A stretch of DNA of 64,000 nucleotides from Orbicella franksi (taxonomy: Eukaryota). Under the pieces are notes generated by a model. The model saw only the letters and a list, made by a program, of their open reading frames with translations, had not been told where the DNA came from and searched no databases. Numbering within the stretch: position 1 is the stretch's first letter; each line of letters opens with the position of its first letter. The translations under genes were made by a program, and so were the position numbers. Below, one piece after another: positions 13,185 through 25,517 of this stretch. The DNA is taken from positions 27,156,001-27,220,000 of the forward strand of contig OZ116706.1 of the NCBI GenBank assembly GCA_964199315.1, read 5' to 3'.

Positions 13185-13580
13185 ACGGGGGGGGGGGGGG
13201 CACTGCCATATATGAGTTATATAGGTATGTGCCGCTGTGAAGGGTATGGTTTTCAAGCAGTATATTCTAGAATAGGGTATATAAATCAGAGCGTATGGGT
13301 CTAGAATGATTATCATTTTCCACGAAACTGACTGGTTGGTTGAAGATTTTATCTAGAGTAAGGAAACCAGGGATTGCCACTCAAAAATATAAAAAACTTA
13401 AATCGGCAAGTTTAAATTTACGCAAATCAACCTCAACAGTGTCGATAGATGGGAGGATTTTGGGAGTTTACTCTAGTATAGGTTAGCAAAATTCAGCTGA
13501 ACTAGCTCTGGTATAGGCTGAGGGTTCCAGGTCCCAGCGACACGTCCCCACCCAGAAGTTCCCAAAGTACCCCCTCCGGG
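13185..13580 (+). mobile_element. hAT-like MITE with poly-G/poly-C termini, copy 2
   Basis: 8-bp TSD CTTCTAAT (13177-13184, 13581-13588). Same family as 2092-2496. Confidence 0.85.
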
Positions 13581-14090
13581 CTTCTAATGGCGTTTTGGAG
13601 AGCTTACTGCGCGCTGTAATGTTGCGTAAATTGGATGAGCAAAACCGAGCCCGGAGTGTGCAGAAACAAAATCATTTTTTTTGAGAAACACACGAATGTT
13701 GCAATTTATCAAACAGAACGACGGTGAAGGTGAACATAGCTCATACCCTGGTGGAAAACTACAATGATTTCGGACACACCGCAGGTTACTCTGTGTAAGT
13801 GACTGCATTAAATGGCGTCCTAAAATGCAACTCTTAAGCATATGGAAAACCGAACCGAAAGTCACAGTTTTTTATCTCGTTCGAAGCTTCCAAACAAACT
13901 TTAGGAATAAAGAACCTAAATTAGATCGACGGTAACTTGTGGAATTTGAAATGTTGGGATCTACGAGACAATAGCTGAAAGTTACTCCCATACGTTTTCT
14001 GTAATCGGAAAATCCAAACAGAGCGTGAAGTGTCACGCTTCAACTGCGCATGTCGATTCGACATTTCCCGGTGTATCTAATCGAACGTTC

Positions 14091-15283
14091 CCATTCTTGT
14101 CTCCTGAGGCCACGCTCCTTTTGGTCAGCACCAAGAATCGCAACGCCACCTCTGCGAAGGTCCAACAAACACAGCGGTCAAACGTCGGGCATGCGCAAAT
14201 GGGTACATTTTTGGCAGCCGCGTGCCAACTTCCCGCGCAGAAATTTGAAGGAAAACATGGGAAACAACCAGTGTCACGCAAAATTTACCAAAAAAAATTG
14301 AAAAGTTCATAGAAATCTGTAAAAGGGAAAGAAAGCAAGTAAAAGGAAAACTTAAGACTTTTCAGACACAAAGTTTACTAAGTTACCGGTGTTCCGTTGA
14401 TTTACCATTTTGTTTTGAGCTTTACCAGAAAAGTTTATAAGTCTTGAAAACCCGTGTCACGCTACGAGCCGACGGCGTAGTATATTTTTATTTGTTTTTA
14501 TTAATCATTCGATGCGTGATGCCGGAAACGGAGGACAAACGGTGTGTAAAAAAAGGAAAAATGGGAGAAGAAAAAGACGATTGCAGTGATTCGGCTTTGC
14601 TCAGACGAGCTGGAAAAATTTTGGTAAGGACTGTGGGGATTCCTTCCGGATCCTGGATTTGTCTGAAGCACAGGAGCGAGATGAATCGAAACGACAAACG
14701 ATGTTCATGTCCATCGTCATGGGGGCATAGCTCACCAAAACACCGATCCCAAACCGCCTGTACCTGGTCTTTGACCAGGTGGGAAAATCTTTTCTAAACT
14801 ACAAACTGGGAAAGACTGATGCAGTAAATGCAAAGTCCAGGCGAACAAAAAATTCAAGGAACACGGAAAATACATACCGCGGTGGGAAAGAAAGACCTGC
14901 AACCATAGTAGAACAATTTTTAACTCTTATTTCTGTTAGCTCTCGTTGTACAGGCTAAAACATAAGCAAATATATAAATAACGAGGAAAATGTCATTTTT
15001 AGGATGCCGATGACCCACGAAAAGAACAATGTCATGAAAATATTTTGGCCGCCTTTTAGTTGCTCGATTGCTCGCACATGCGTAGACGTTTGACCGCTGT
15101 GTTGGTCCAACACCAGAAGTCCGCTATTCAAGGACTCTTCCCGTCGCTCTGCGCATGCTCAGAGTCAAGTCTGACAAATATACGAAACGATTACTGTGAA
15201 CATGCTCAGAAAATTGGACCTTCCCAGAGGTCGCGATTCTTGGTGCTGACCAAAACCAGCGCGGCCTCTGACGACGAGAATGC
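14091..15283. mobile_element. 1.2-kb TIR element with 8-bp TSD carrying a Cys/His-rich ORF remnant
   Basis: TSD GAACGTTC at 14083-14090 and 15284-15291. ~70-bp TIR (cattct...gaggcc.cgct..ttttggtcagcaccaagaatcgc). Internal ORF 14444-14797 (C..C...WICLKHR...CSCP...H) continues in a shifted frame to ~14957. Confidence 0.75.
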
Positions 15284-15437
15284 GAACGTTCGGTTATCGA
15301 GCCCAATTGAACACCAATCATTCGATGGGATTCGGCAATGGAACATAATCGAACTTACACTAAAATTTGATCAATCGAAGCCACGTGGTCGGGGAAAATT
15401 GCTAATGAAGGTCGAATTACTGCTACTTTTCAGTGAT

Positions 15438-15720
15438 AGGTAAAGTCTGCATACGAGTCAAGTGGCCCACCAGGTCCCGGTTTCTGTAGCATGAAGTTAC
15501 TAGGAGTATTTCTACTCCCCCCTGGATGGGATGCTGGTCCATCGCAGGGTTACCCCCAGCATTAAGTTTGCCGGTGCCTATTTACACACCTGGGTGGAGT
15601 GAGGCACTGTGAAAGTAAAGTGTCTTGCCCAAGAACACAACATAATGTCCCCGGCCAGGGCTCGAACCCGGACCGCTCGATTCGGAGACGAGCGCACTAA
15701 CCATGAAGCCAACGCGCCTC
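15438..15720 (-). mobile_element. tRNA-derived SINE (full length)
   Basis: Reverse complement begins gaggcgcgttggcttcatggttagtgcgctc...ggttcgagccctggcc (A/B boxes), then conserved core gtgttcttgggcaagacactttac and tail ctcgtatgcagactttacct. Confidence 0.85.
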
Positions 15721-16229
15721 TCACAGCTAGTGAACCCGAAAAGAAATGTCGAGAGCGTCGAGAACCCGAAGTGATATCCAGGAGACCCGGGAGGAGACTG
15801 CATGTATGGAAATTACATCAAGAAATGGATTCCGAACAAAATCGAATCGGATTGAGTTTGCTCGATTGTTTCGATTGGTTCGACAATCGAACTCTCAGCA
15901 AAATAGACGTTCGATTTTGTTTGATTGCCAAATTCAATCGAACGATTGGTGTTCGATTGCATTTCGGTTCGATTTTGTTTGACTAGATACGCCGGGACAT
16001 TTCTGGTGATGTTAAACGCATTTAGATAAAGTTTCCAACGGCAAGAATCGACTTGTAGATTCGCTCTCGATTTCTATTTGTTAATTATCGTCACGCCATC
16101 TCACCGCTATCACACCCGGTGTAACGCTGCTGAGTAAATCAAGCCATGCATGTGGACGGTAGGTCAAAAACTATATATTGTTTTAAAATCTGAGAAGAAA
16201 ACCTTCTACTTGGCAATACCATTTTGTTT

Positions 16230-17804
16230 TAATGAGAACACGAAACGCCTTGCAGCACACGAAATAGACCTTAGATGGAATAAATTTAATATCCACAAAT
16301 TTCCGCTTCAGTAAACAAATACGCACGTACTCATAAACAAGTTAGAACTCCTTTTCCGCGTAAAAAAAATATTACTTTCGATAAAATTGTCCCCAGAAGA
16401 TAAAAAATAACTATAAATCATTTAAATGGGAGAAAGGGTCGCATTCAGGCTAAAATTCCAACTGTTGTTTAGGTTATCTCTTGTATTCATGAAGACAACT
16501 GTAAGTTCAAAGGTCATAAACTTCAAGCGAGTACCGTAAATATTTATTCGTAGTTTGAGTTGCCCCAAAATTCTATTTCACAGAACGATAGAGGAAGCCT
16601 TACATTTTCTATAGAATACCATCTTTACCGCGGAATCCATGTACCAGGTAGGAAGTTTTGTAGTTGAAATTTTCCAAAATCGAGCTTTCTGATAATGCTG
16701 TTTAGGAGGGTAAATTTGAAAATTTTTTAAAAATTCAGGTTTGAATCTTTTATCAATTCTAATAACTGTACTTTGTAAAAAAGGAAGGGTCATTGAATTG
16801 TGTAATATCGAAATAGATTTGATAATTGTTTTAGTTTCCTTACACGAGTCGCAAATACGAAGCACATTTTTCAGTGGTTCGAGGGCTTCTCCAAGGGTGA
16901 AAATTAAAAAATCGCTTTACTTGAAAAATATAAATCCAAACGAATATTTTCCTAAATAGTTTCCAGAGGGCTTTCTTTTGAAAAAGTTTGAGGGAATTCG
17001 ATATTTGCATTTTGCACACCTATCCGTAGTATTTACAGGAAGTCACTCTTAATTTATTCTCAAGTCTGCTGTTTATTCTGCGTTCTTGCCAAATCTTTGG
17101 GCATAATATTTGATCCACTCTAGTATTTCCTGCATGGAGTATTTCCTGGAAAGCCTTTTTCCTTTTTTAACACTGGAAAATAGAATAAGAAAACTTTATA
17201 TCAGATTCTGTAGAACTCCGGCAGATTAAGTAATTCTGGAGGTATTTCAGTTTACCTGGGGTCAAACTTCTCAAGAACAAATTACAATCTTCGCTTTTAC
17301 TAAACGTAATAGAAAATCAAAACACGAAGTAGCTAGATACAGAAACCATTAAGCAATTTCTAATATGCCTGCCTGATCGACGAGAAAAATACACGCTACA
17401 CACGCTTTGAGCGGACGGCAAACTCCCTATTCTAACTTTTAAAAAAATCATAAAACAAAGCTGGATATTGAAAACAAAACAAGAGTGAATTTATATGCGT
17501 CGAAATTTATATCTAACAGACAAACTTGTTGAAAACGAAAAAGAACGCATGAACACTTACCACACTGTTAGTATTCATCGTGTTCTGTAGCCTGCTTCCT
17601 ACTACCCTGGATACTGTTATTATATTCCCATTCGTCTCTAAACAAAGGAGGCTTTCCTACTGCCACAGGTTGAGTGCTGTTTTCCGCCGATCTCGGTTTC
17701 CACTGTACAGCTCGGTAGATTTCTATCACCAGAAGCCCCAGGATCAGGAACAACAAAATAACGCACACAGGCTTGTTGAAGAATCCTTCCGCAAGGGATA
17801 GCAT
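16230..17804 (-). pseudogene. Decayed type-II membrane protein gene, probably a second CHST-like sulfotransferase
   Basis: Exon 1 is 17804-17561 (ATG, TM segment VCVILLFLILGLLVIEIY, in-frame TAA 7 nt before donor GTAAGT). Acceptor ttttccAG precedes 17172. The downstream ~950 bp has few stops for AT-rich DNA and scattered CHST-like fragments in shifting frames (RWYSIENVRLPLSFCEIEFWG; YLFTEAEICGY*IYSI*GLF). Family assignment is weak. Confidence 0.4.
17061..17229 (-). repeat. 169-bp segment duplicated in inverted orientation at 21367-21535
   Basis: Direct comparison gives 4 substitutions in 169 bp. Confidence 0.95.
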
Positions 17805-18580
17805 TGTTTAACATGAATTCAGTCAGGAAAGTGGTGCACCCCGTGTGACTTTTGCAAGCGTCGCGCGTGAAGAAAGAGAACTTTCTTAATTTGTAGCCTA
17901 TTGTATACATCTGTCGGCTGTGATGGTTAAATGAAATGTATACACTTTGATACTGAAAGTGGGGGTAACTCGATCGCTCAGTGGGGCGTAACGTAACGTA
18001 CGTGGTCTGCTTGGATTCTACGTCAGAATTCATCTCTTGTCTCATGTCCAATCATCTTCAGAGCTTCACAAATGTTACTAAACAACTCTGTTCTGATCAA
18101 TAGCTTAGGGAAAAATATTCCCACAAAATCACAAATTATCATAAAACATTTGGGACTCCAATCGTGTAATAATTCATATTACGTACTTGAAATAAACTGT
18201 GACGTTGATTAGGGCTCTTACCTAGGCAGTCGGCTGTAAAGACTGCTTTTCTATTTTCGGAGTGAAAACTAAATTCTTTCAAACTTTACCAATTAAATCT
18301 CAGTCCAAACCAATTCATATGATCGACACCGCCTAAGCTTCTACAAATATATATTAAAATATAATATATCTCTTCGCCGCTATCACGGAGAATGAGTTGA
18401 GACTTCTGCACAGTAATCATCATTGTTAATTTGTTGTTGTTTTTTTTTTTTGCCATTGTATTCAACTTTCGGAAATGATTAGCAACTAAAGATCTTTCCA
18501 CATCATGCCGGAACTCTAACAAATACAATAAATTGTTTCCGATTTATATATATTCAAGTTTATTTACATCTTAAGTACTA

Positions 18581-19522
18581 ATGCGTCAGTCAATTCCAGC
18601 AGTGCCCATCCCCCCCCCCCCGGGCAACCGCGGGGCATTTGCTTAAGTTGTCAGTCCCGGGGGTGGGGCATCCGCAATTTTATCGCGGCCCGGGGGCTGG
18701 GCATTTGCGTACCCCGGGGCGACCCCGAGGCATTCGACACACGTGTTTTGGAAAGTGCCATGGATGAGTTCATCGGGAAAGACGAGGCGTTTTTCGAACA
18801 ATGGCTTGTCCGTCAGGGACTAGAGAAACTTGTTTTTAAAGTTATGTTTTCTCAATTTTAGATATTTCTTCATTGCTTGTAAGCATATAAATATAAGCGA
18901 CAAGGTGAACTACATTTTGTTTATCACAAAACAGTAACTGACGTGAACACGACTATTTCGCATTTCGCATTCAAAACTAGCCTAGCATTTTTTAAATTCA
19001 TGAAAGTGGAGTTAAAATACTTAAGGTTTGCGAATTCAAATGATGCGATCTTCAAGACAGATCTTGCGAGCTTAAAATGCAATGCATCATCATTTAAAAT
19101 GTCTTGATTCTTCACAAAAAATGTAGCCTGCGAATACAGGCGTCTATCATTGCTCGCGGCTGGGGACACGTCTGCCGCAATCCCAGCTATCCTCTAACAA
19201 ACTGTTAAAAACAAATATAAAGAAATAAATATAATCAGAATCAACTAACACGTACTATTGTCCTTGAAGTCTTACCGTTGCATTAAAATACTGAACCGTT
19301 GACCGTTTTATTCACTGATTAATTAAAAAACTGTGGAGGTGCTGCAAGGTGACGATCCCGGGGGCGGGGCATTTGCCCTCTTTCTTCGTCCCCACCCCGG
19401 GGCATTGAGACAGCTTATGTTTCCCCACCCCGGGGAATTTGCCCATTTTTTTAAAAAAATGCTAATGCCCGGGGGTTAGCCCGGGGGGGGGGGATGGGCA
19501 CTGCTGGAATTGACTGATGCAT
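18581..19522. mobile_element. ~940-bp TIR element
   Basis: atgcgtcagtcaattccagcagtgcccatccccccccccccggg pairs with cccgggggggggggatgggcactgctggaattgactgatgcat. Confidence 0.8.
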
Positions 19523-20490
19523 AACATTCCTGATCGTGTAATTGTATAAGAGGCTTAACCTCCTTTTTCGCAGAAAACTATCTATTTGGCAGAAACAAAA
19601 AGCACAGAAAAGGAACAATTCCTGTCAGATGTGATTTCGGTTTTATTATACTCAACTTAAAAGTCGCCGGGGACCCGACGGTCGGCAGAAGGCGGGAGAG
19701 CCTTTTACGTTCAGAAATTTGGCTTAAACTGCGCAAATAGGCTTGTATACCGTGGACTCGTTGCACACGGTTATTTTTGTGCTTTAATTACTGAAACATA
19801 TCAGTAAAGACATATTTTCCCAGCCCAATTTGCTGTTTACGAACAGATGAAAGCCCTTTGCTGGTTGTCAATGCAACTGTCGGCAGTGGCGACACAGATA
19901 CACATATGATTTTAACTTAATTGTCCGTCAAGTGCTTTCCGTTAGCAAATACTGTTCGCATGATTGTTTTTGTGAGTTATTTTTAAACAGGCGGAAAACA
20001 GTTCCCTTCTCGTTGTTTCTGCAAATGTTGATGTGTACGCCACAAGAATTTGCACTCTTTCAAAGTACGTAAATGCACTTTTTGCGTGACAATTGTAAGA
20101 TGGCGAAGCGCCTTTTTAGTAATTGAGGTGGAAGTTTACGTTATGCCTCAGAGCACCAAGCGATTTAAGCCCCATAAGTACCTCTTGTGTGCCCAAACAG
20201 ATTGAAAGCTCTCAAAAGATCCACATAGCTAACACATGACGTTAGACTTAAGATCTTCCACTTGTATTGAACTTGGAAAGAGTCAAACTTATCAAGAGTT
20301 ATCAGGAGTCCATTAGATTTATTTGTAGTGACCTTTAGGTTAATATCACTCTAAAAACGAACTTAATTACAAATTTATTACTGAGCTTTTGGAAAATTTG
20401 TTTGCGTGGGTGCCGTGTAAGGTATTAAGAGAACTCCGGCATGGCGAGAGGAGTCTGGGGTACAGTCGGGACGGAGGGTTTCACATTTGA

Positions 20491-20850
20491 GAGCTTAAGC
20501 AATGACGACGACGACCCAGAGGACAACAGCCAGCATAAAATGTTGATATATTTTACCTTCGAATTTCGCGAATGTCTAGATTTGTTTCGTGCGCCTATTT
20601 GTCTCAGAACTTGCTCAAGCTAAATATATAACGCCAGCGTTCAATTCCAATTAAAAGTACGAAAACTTAGCTCCCGCCGTTCGCGTTCTCTGAAATACGC
20701 AGAACTTGGTCATTTCACGTTGTTGATGTGCAAAGGACGGCAAAGAAACGTAGAAAAATGTATAACGCACCCGCACAGCCATTGTTCTACACATTAAACC
20801 TTTTTTCTTTGGTGGCGTTCTCATTGCCGTTGCCGCCATGGTTTGCTTAA
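20491..20850. mobile_element. MITE of gagcttaagcaa-gacgacg family
   Basis: Termini gagcttaagcaatgacgacg / ccgttgccgccatggtttgcttaa. Related copies at ~11150-11390 and ~47495-47820. Confidence 0.7.
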
Positions 20851-21366
20851 CATTTTAGATTTGTGGTTGAGAAAATCACATGATTATCGTGACGCCAAAG
20901 TCGTTTTCAGAAGCTCTGTTTTCAAAATGTTTTCCGTTCATACGAAAACTCGTTTTCAGATTCTCCCGGTTTGAAGAGCGTTTTCGAAAAGCTCCGTATT
21001 CGTGACGTGTCAGTGTGGACGGTAGGTGTAACCGTAGAAATACAGCGGGTTTTCAAATTTCTCCTGCGTAGCGCGGACGGAGCCTAAAAGCCTAACAAAG
21101 CTGAGAGCCCGCGGAATCTCGCCAAGATCGAAGCGCGATACACCTCGACCGCGCTAAAAACTACAACCCGTTGTTTTCGCTGGCCAATAAACCGGTAACG
21201 CTAGCCTGATTACCGTACTTATGGGTCTGTCCTAACGCACTTGTTTCCCTTCTCTATAAGTTTGGATGATGTTTAACATACACCCTAAAATTGGTCAAAA
21301 GTTTAACCAGTTAACTGTCTGTTGAGAAATGACGCTTTCAGATCTGAGATGCGCTACAATTTAATG

Positions 21367-21535
21367 TTAATCTGCCGGAGTTCCACAGAATCTGATATAA
21401 AGTTTTCTTATTCTATTTTCCAGTGTTAAAAAAAGAAAAAGGCTTTCCAGGAAATACTCCATGCAGGAAATACTAGAGTGGATCAAGTATTATGCCCGAA
21501 GATTTGGCAAGAACGCAGAATAAACAGCAGACTTG
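21367..21535 (+). repeat. Inverted duplicate of 17061-17229 (includes splice acceptor, AG ending 21423)
   Basis: ttaatctgccggag...ttttcttattctattttccag|tgttaaaaaaag...cagcagacttg. Confidence 0.95.
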
Positions 21536-24500
21536 AATTGACTTAAATTCGTACGCGCAATAAACGAACGCGTGACTAAAATTCAAAATGTTTCCTTCGG
21601 AACTGCTTCTTAACAGGCCCTATACTAACCCTTACCGTTAGTAAGAGGTTATTCGTGCTCGTTCTCACGGAATAACAAATCGGCCATGTTTGTTATTATA
21701 TGGAGAGTTTTGTGCCGTTTAGAGTTAACCGTTTTACCGATTTTGAAGTGCTTTAGTCGAGTACCGTTCCGTTTACCGTTTACGAACAGGGCCGTACTGG
21801 ATAGTACGGCTCGCGCTAACTATAGGTTAGTAAGTACAGTCGAACCTCTGGTAAGCGACCACCCAAAATGTCAAGCTTTAATAGGTGGTCGCTTACGAGA
21901 GGTGGTCGATTACGAGAGCTTAAACCATATTGGGTCAAAATTTTACCTCATTAGGATATGGTAATTTAATTTTAAGGTCGTTTCTTTTAAGACTGATAAC
22001 GTATAGTCTACTCCCCAGCCGTTTTTTGGGATGTCACGCAACGCTCCCCCAAAGAAACGGCTGCTCACATCCGAACATTCCTTTCATGAAATTAGCCAAT
22101 CACCGCTTCCGTTCCATTTTCAAGAACGTTTTCGCGCCAAATTCGCCCTTTGAAACTTGTCCAATCAGAGAATGTTTTTTTATCTTTGTATCCTGTCGTG
22201 AGAGACGTCACAAATGAAAATACAGATTTCCGACTTTTGTTTAGGGACGCCGAAAAATACCGGCGACGCTTGAACGAGCTTTCTATGTAGCTGAAGACTC
22301 TTCAAAATTCAAGCTAATTATTAGAAGCTTTCAACTCAAAAAATTATTGTCGAGAAAGAAGATATCCATTTTAACTTAATGAAGGAACCAGGAAATCAAG
22401 TAGCTTCGCTCGATTTGTTGACAGCGAGTTCTGAATGCCGCTCTTTCTTTTCTTTTTTTTTTCCGCTCTTTCAATCTGTAGGAAGCATTTAGCCCTTGAT
22501 TGACGATCGCATCATTTGAATTCGCAAACCTTAAGAGCGTAAATCCGAAAATAACGAGAATCGGCCGACAAAAGCGAAATAACGAATTTTTTCTTATTTG
22601 ACTAAAAGAACCTATTTGGTTAACTGTTTTCGGAAATGACATCTTTTCATCAAAATTTGCAAAACTTGAAAATTCGGCCACAGGGCCTTCAGCGGCGGCC
22701 ATGAGACTTGAAATTTGGCACATGGTTAACATACTCGTATGGACGTACCAAACGTTTTCTTAACATGTCCTTTACACAGTTTGTGGGGCATCTCTTAAAC
22801 TTTACTCGGGACTAAATTTTGTTTAAAAAATGTTTTTTGTACAAAATAGTTAACCTTCGGAAGCTGAACCATTTACGGACCTAAGTGATAAGGCTAATAT
22901 TAGCAAACTTTGAACTTGTCAAATGCTGTCTGTTATATTACAGTTAAGTAAATAAATATAACCAAATAAAAACAGGTTCTTTATTCTACTCGCCTGGAAA
23001 AAATCACAGGTGGCCCGTAAAAACTGTTCCGTTGAGAGAATTTTCCGTGAGGTCACTTTGGGGCATATCTCACTTAATTATTCAATCGTTAATCATAGCG
23101 CAATTGTTATTATTTCCGACTATTGTTTTATTCTATACCTTCCCAATACCTCTTGTAAGGTAAAGAATTACAATAAATCCAAGATAAGAAGTTCAAACAA
23201 GATTTTACAACTCATTTTATTTATAGACCAGTCTGTTTGTTTTTTCAATAGCACTGGTACTTTATCATGAATCACGCAAACTATTTCACACGGTAGCGAA
23301 CTTGACTATGGCTTCGATGGATCCTTTTTGAGATGGGTCTTATGCATTCTATAAGTCTGCTTTAACGAGTACATATAGCCACTCAAGCAATGGAAATACA
23401 AAATTCATGAAACGTGAAAGGGATATCTTTAAACATAGACAACAACTATAATTAAATTAAACTAGGAACGTCGCGTTAAACTTTACAGTATCACTACCAC
23501 TACTAAACACTTGCCTGCTTTGCTGTACTATTTTCAAATGCAAAATTTCCATTCAAGAAAACGTTTGAGATATGGTATATTCCAGAATCGGTGTATATTA
23601 GTAAGACGTTATTTATGTTTCTTACTTTATGATTAAACATTTTTACTCGAGCTTCGGAATGAACTCAGTAGATATTATTAAATTAAACGGAAATCCTTGA
23701 GAACGTTAATTAACAGATTCATTCCTAGCTTTGGAATTCTCAATACGCTAGTCACTTTGGATCTTCATCGCATTGTTACTTTTTTCATAAAGTTTACCTT
23801 GATGAACATACGATTTTCAGGCTAGTGAAAATACTTGTTCCTCAATCACACCTCTAACTTGTGTTGCGTGACAATTTGATCAGCAATTAATTTGCCCGAG
23901 ATACGGATCGATATGACTAGCTACTGAGCGTTAGTGGTTCAGGTAAAAGTTATTTACAGCGAACACTTCACTTCACAGCGAATATTATTTGTCTTTCGCC
24001 TCATAAGCCGCCGTTTACAAGAAGTTTAACAATTTGTTGAGATCCTAACTGACCCAGAAGTCTGTTAGCAGCGTTTTAAATCCTCCTCTTAATCGAGGAT
24101 TCTCATCAAGAACTCCTTTAAGCTCAGTTCTGTTTTGATCTGTTGTGCACCCGCCATTATTCCACAGATTGCGTTACATTTGACAAATGTGCATTCAAAT
24201 GTGCATTCATTTCTAGGTTATTTTTGCAGGGTGGGGAGGGGTGGGGGGGGGGGGGGTCGTGTATTAAAAAAACAAAGAGAAAAAAGGACAACCAGAGACA
24301 GTATCAAGTCAAAAGATTATGATCTGTGTATCTTGATCAGCTTTATCAGTTCATCAGTGAGGCCCTATTAGGGGTTTCAGGAAGTAATCATGCTCGTAAT
24401 TTCAAACCATGACAAAATTCGAGAAACGAACAAACCATCGATTGAGCGCTGAACGATTAAACGTCGTTATGAATGCTGAAAAACACAGCAGTTTACTCAA

Positions 24501-24907
24501 CAAAGTGCACCGCAACAGCGCGCGCAAAATGACGCGTGCTGTCCAATTACAAGCCTGACGCGTACACTGTCCAATTAATGCTCAAATCGGGCTGCTGATA
24601 GCCAATCACGTTCGAGAATTTTGTTATAGTTTTGATTAAAAGAGAAAGGGAAAGCTCAAATAAAATGGGACAAAATTACAACAAAACAAGTGGTCACAGA
24701 TAGAGGCCTTAAATTTTGTGATCGAAAGAATCTGTCGACAAGTAATCAAATGGAAGACTATTCCAGTCAGTGAAAGTTCTTGGCCAGACACTATACTTAG
24801 AGGTGTTACGGGATGTCTGCAGCGGGATGACTTTCAATGGATGAGGTGATCTAGTTTTTAGAGAAGGCTGATGTCTTACATGTTTGTTTGTTTGTTGTTT
24901 TCTTCAG

Positions 24908-25517
24908 GTCAATACTGACACAAAGAGACTTCATCAGAGAAACACTACTAGGTGTGGTGAACAAAGTGGTGGACTATCTAAAGCAACTTTGCATCACGTT
25001 CTGGTGTCCAGTCGCTATAAAACGCTGTTTTGTTTCGTCCCAAAGGTTGCATGTAGTAACTGGAAAAGCGTTCTTCTAGTTTTAGAGGGGTATTTTAACA
25101 CAACCAAAATTAAAGGATTCATCGTGCACCATATGGGCCTGTTAGACGCTCTGAAACGTCACTCCAACAGTGAAGTCGTCCGCATGCTACACACATACAA
25201 AAAGATTGCCTTTGCTCGTGAGCCTATGGAGCGCATAGTTTCAGCATACCAGAACAAATTTGCCCAGGATTATGAAGGAAGAAAATATCACAAGAAATAT
25301 GGCAAAAGTATCACCAACAAATATCGCAAAAATTTCACGGGCGAGGTCACCGACGAACGTTACACCAAGTTTAATGACTTTCTGAAATACTTGAAATACT
25401 TTCTTTTCGATGATATCAGAGGAGGAATTCGTCCAATTGAGAAATGCGTACGATAAAGATTATGAAATATTTGGTTTTCACAGACCGACTTATTCGGAAG
25501 TAATTGGCAGTGCATAA
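24908..25517 (+). pseudogene. Carbohydrate sulfotransferase (CHST8-14/Sulfotransfer_2 family) catalytic exon with internal deletion and frameshift
   Basis: Acceptor ttcttcAG at 24907. 5'-PAPS motif KTLFCFVPKVACSNWKSVL and 3'-PAPS motif KIAFAREPMERIVSAYQNKF are present. After FNDFLKY the expected N.HW.P/C..C...YDF segment is absent. The family C-terminus (FFSMISEEEFVQLRNAYDKDYEIFGFHRP...*, TAA 25515-25517) appears in the +1 frame, so the annotated ORF stops early at 25456. Confidence 0.8.
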
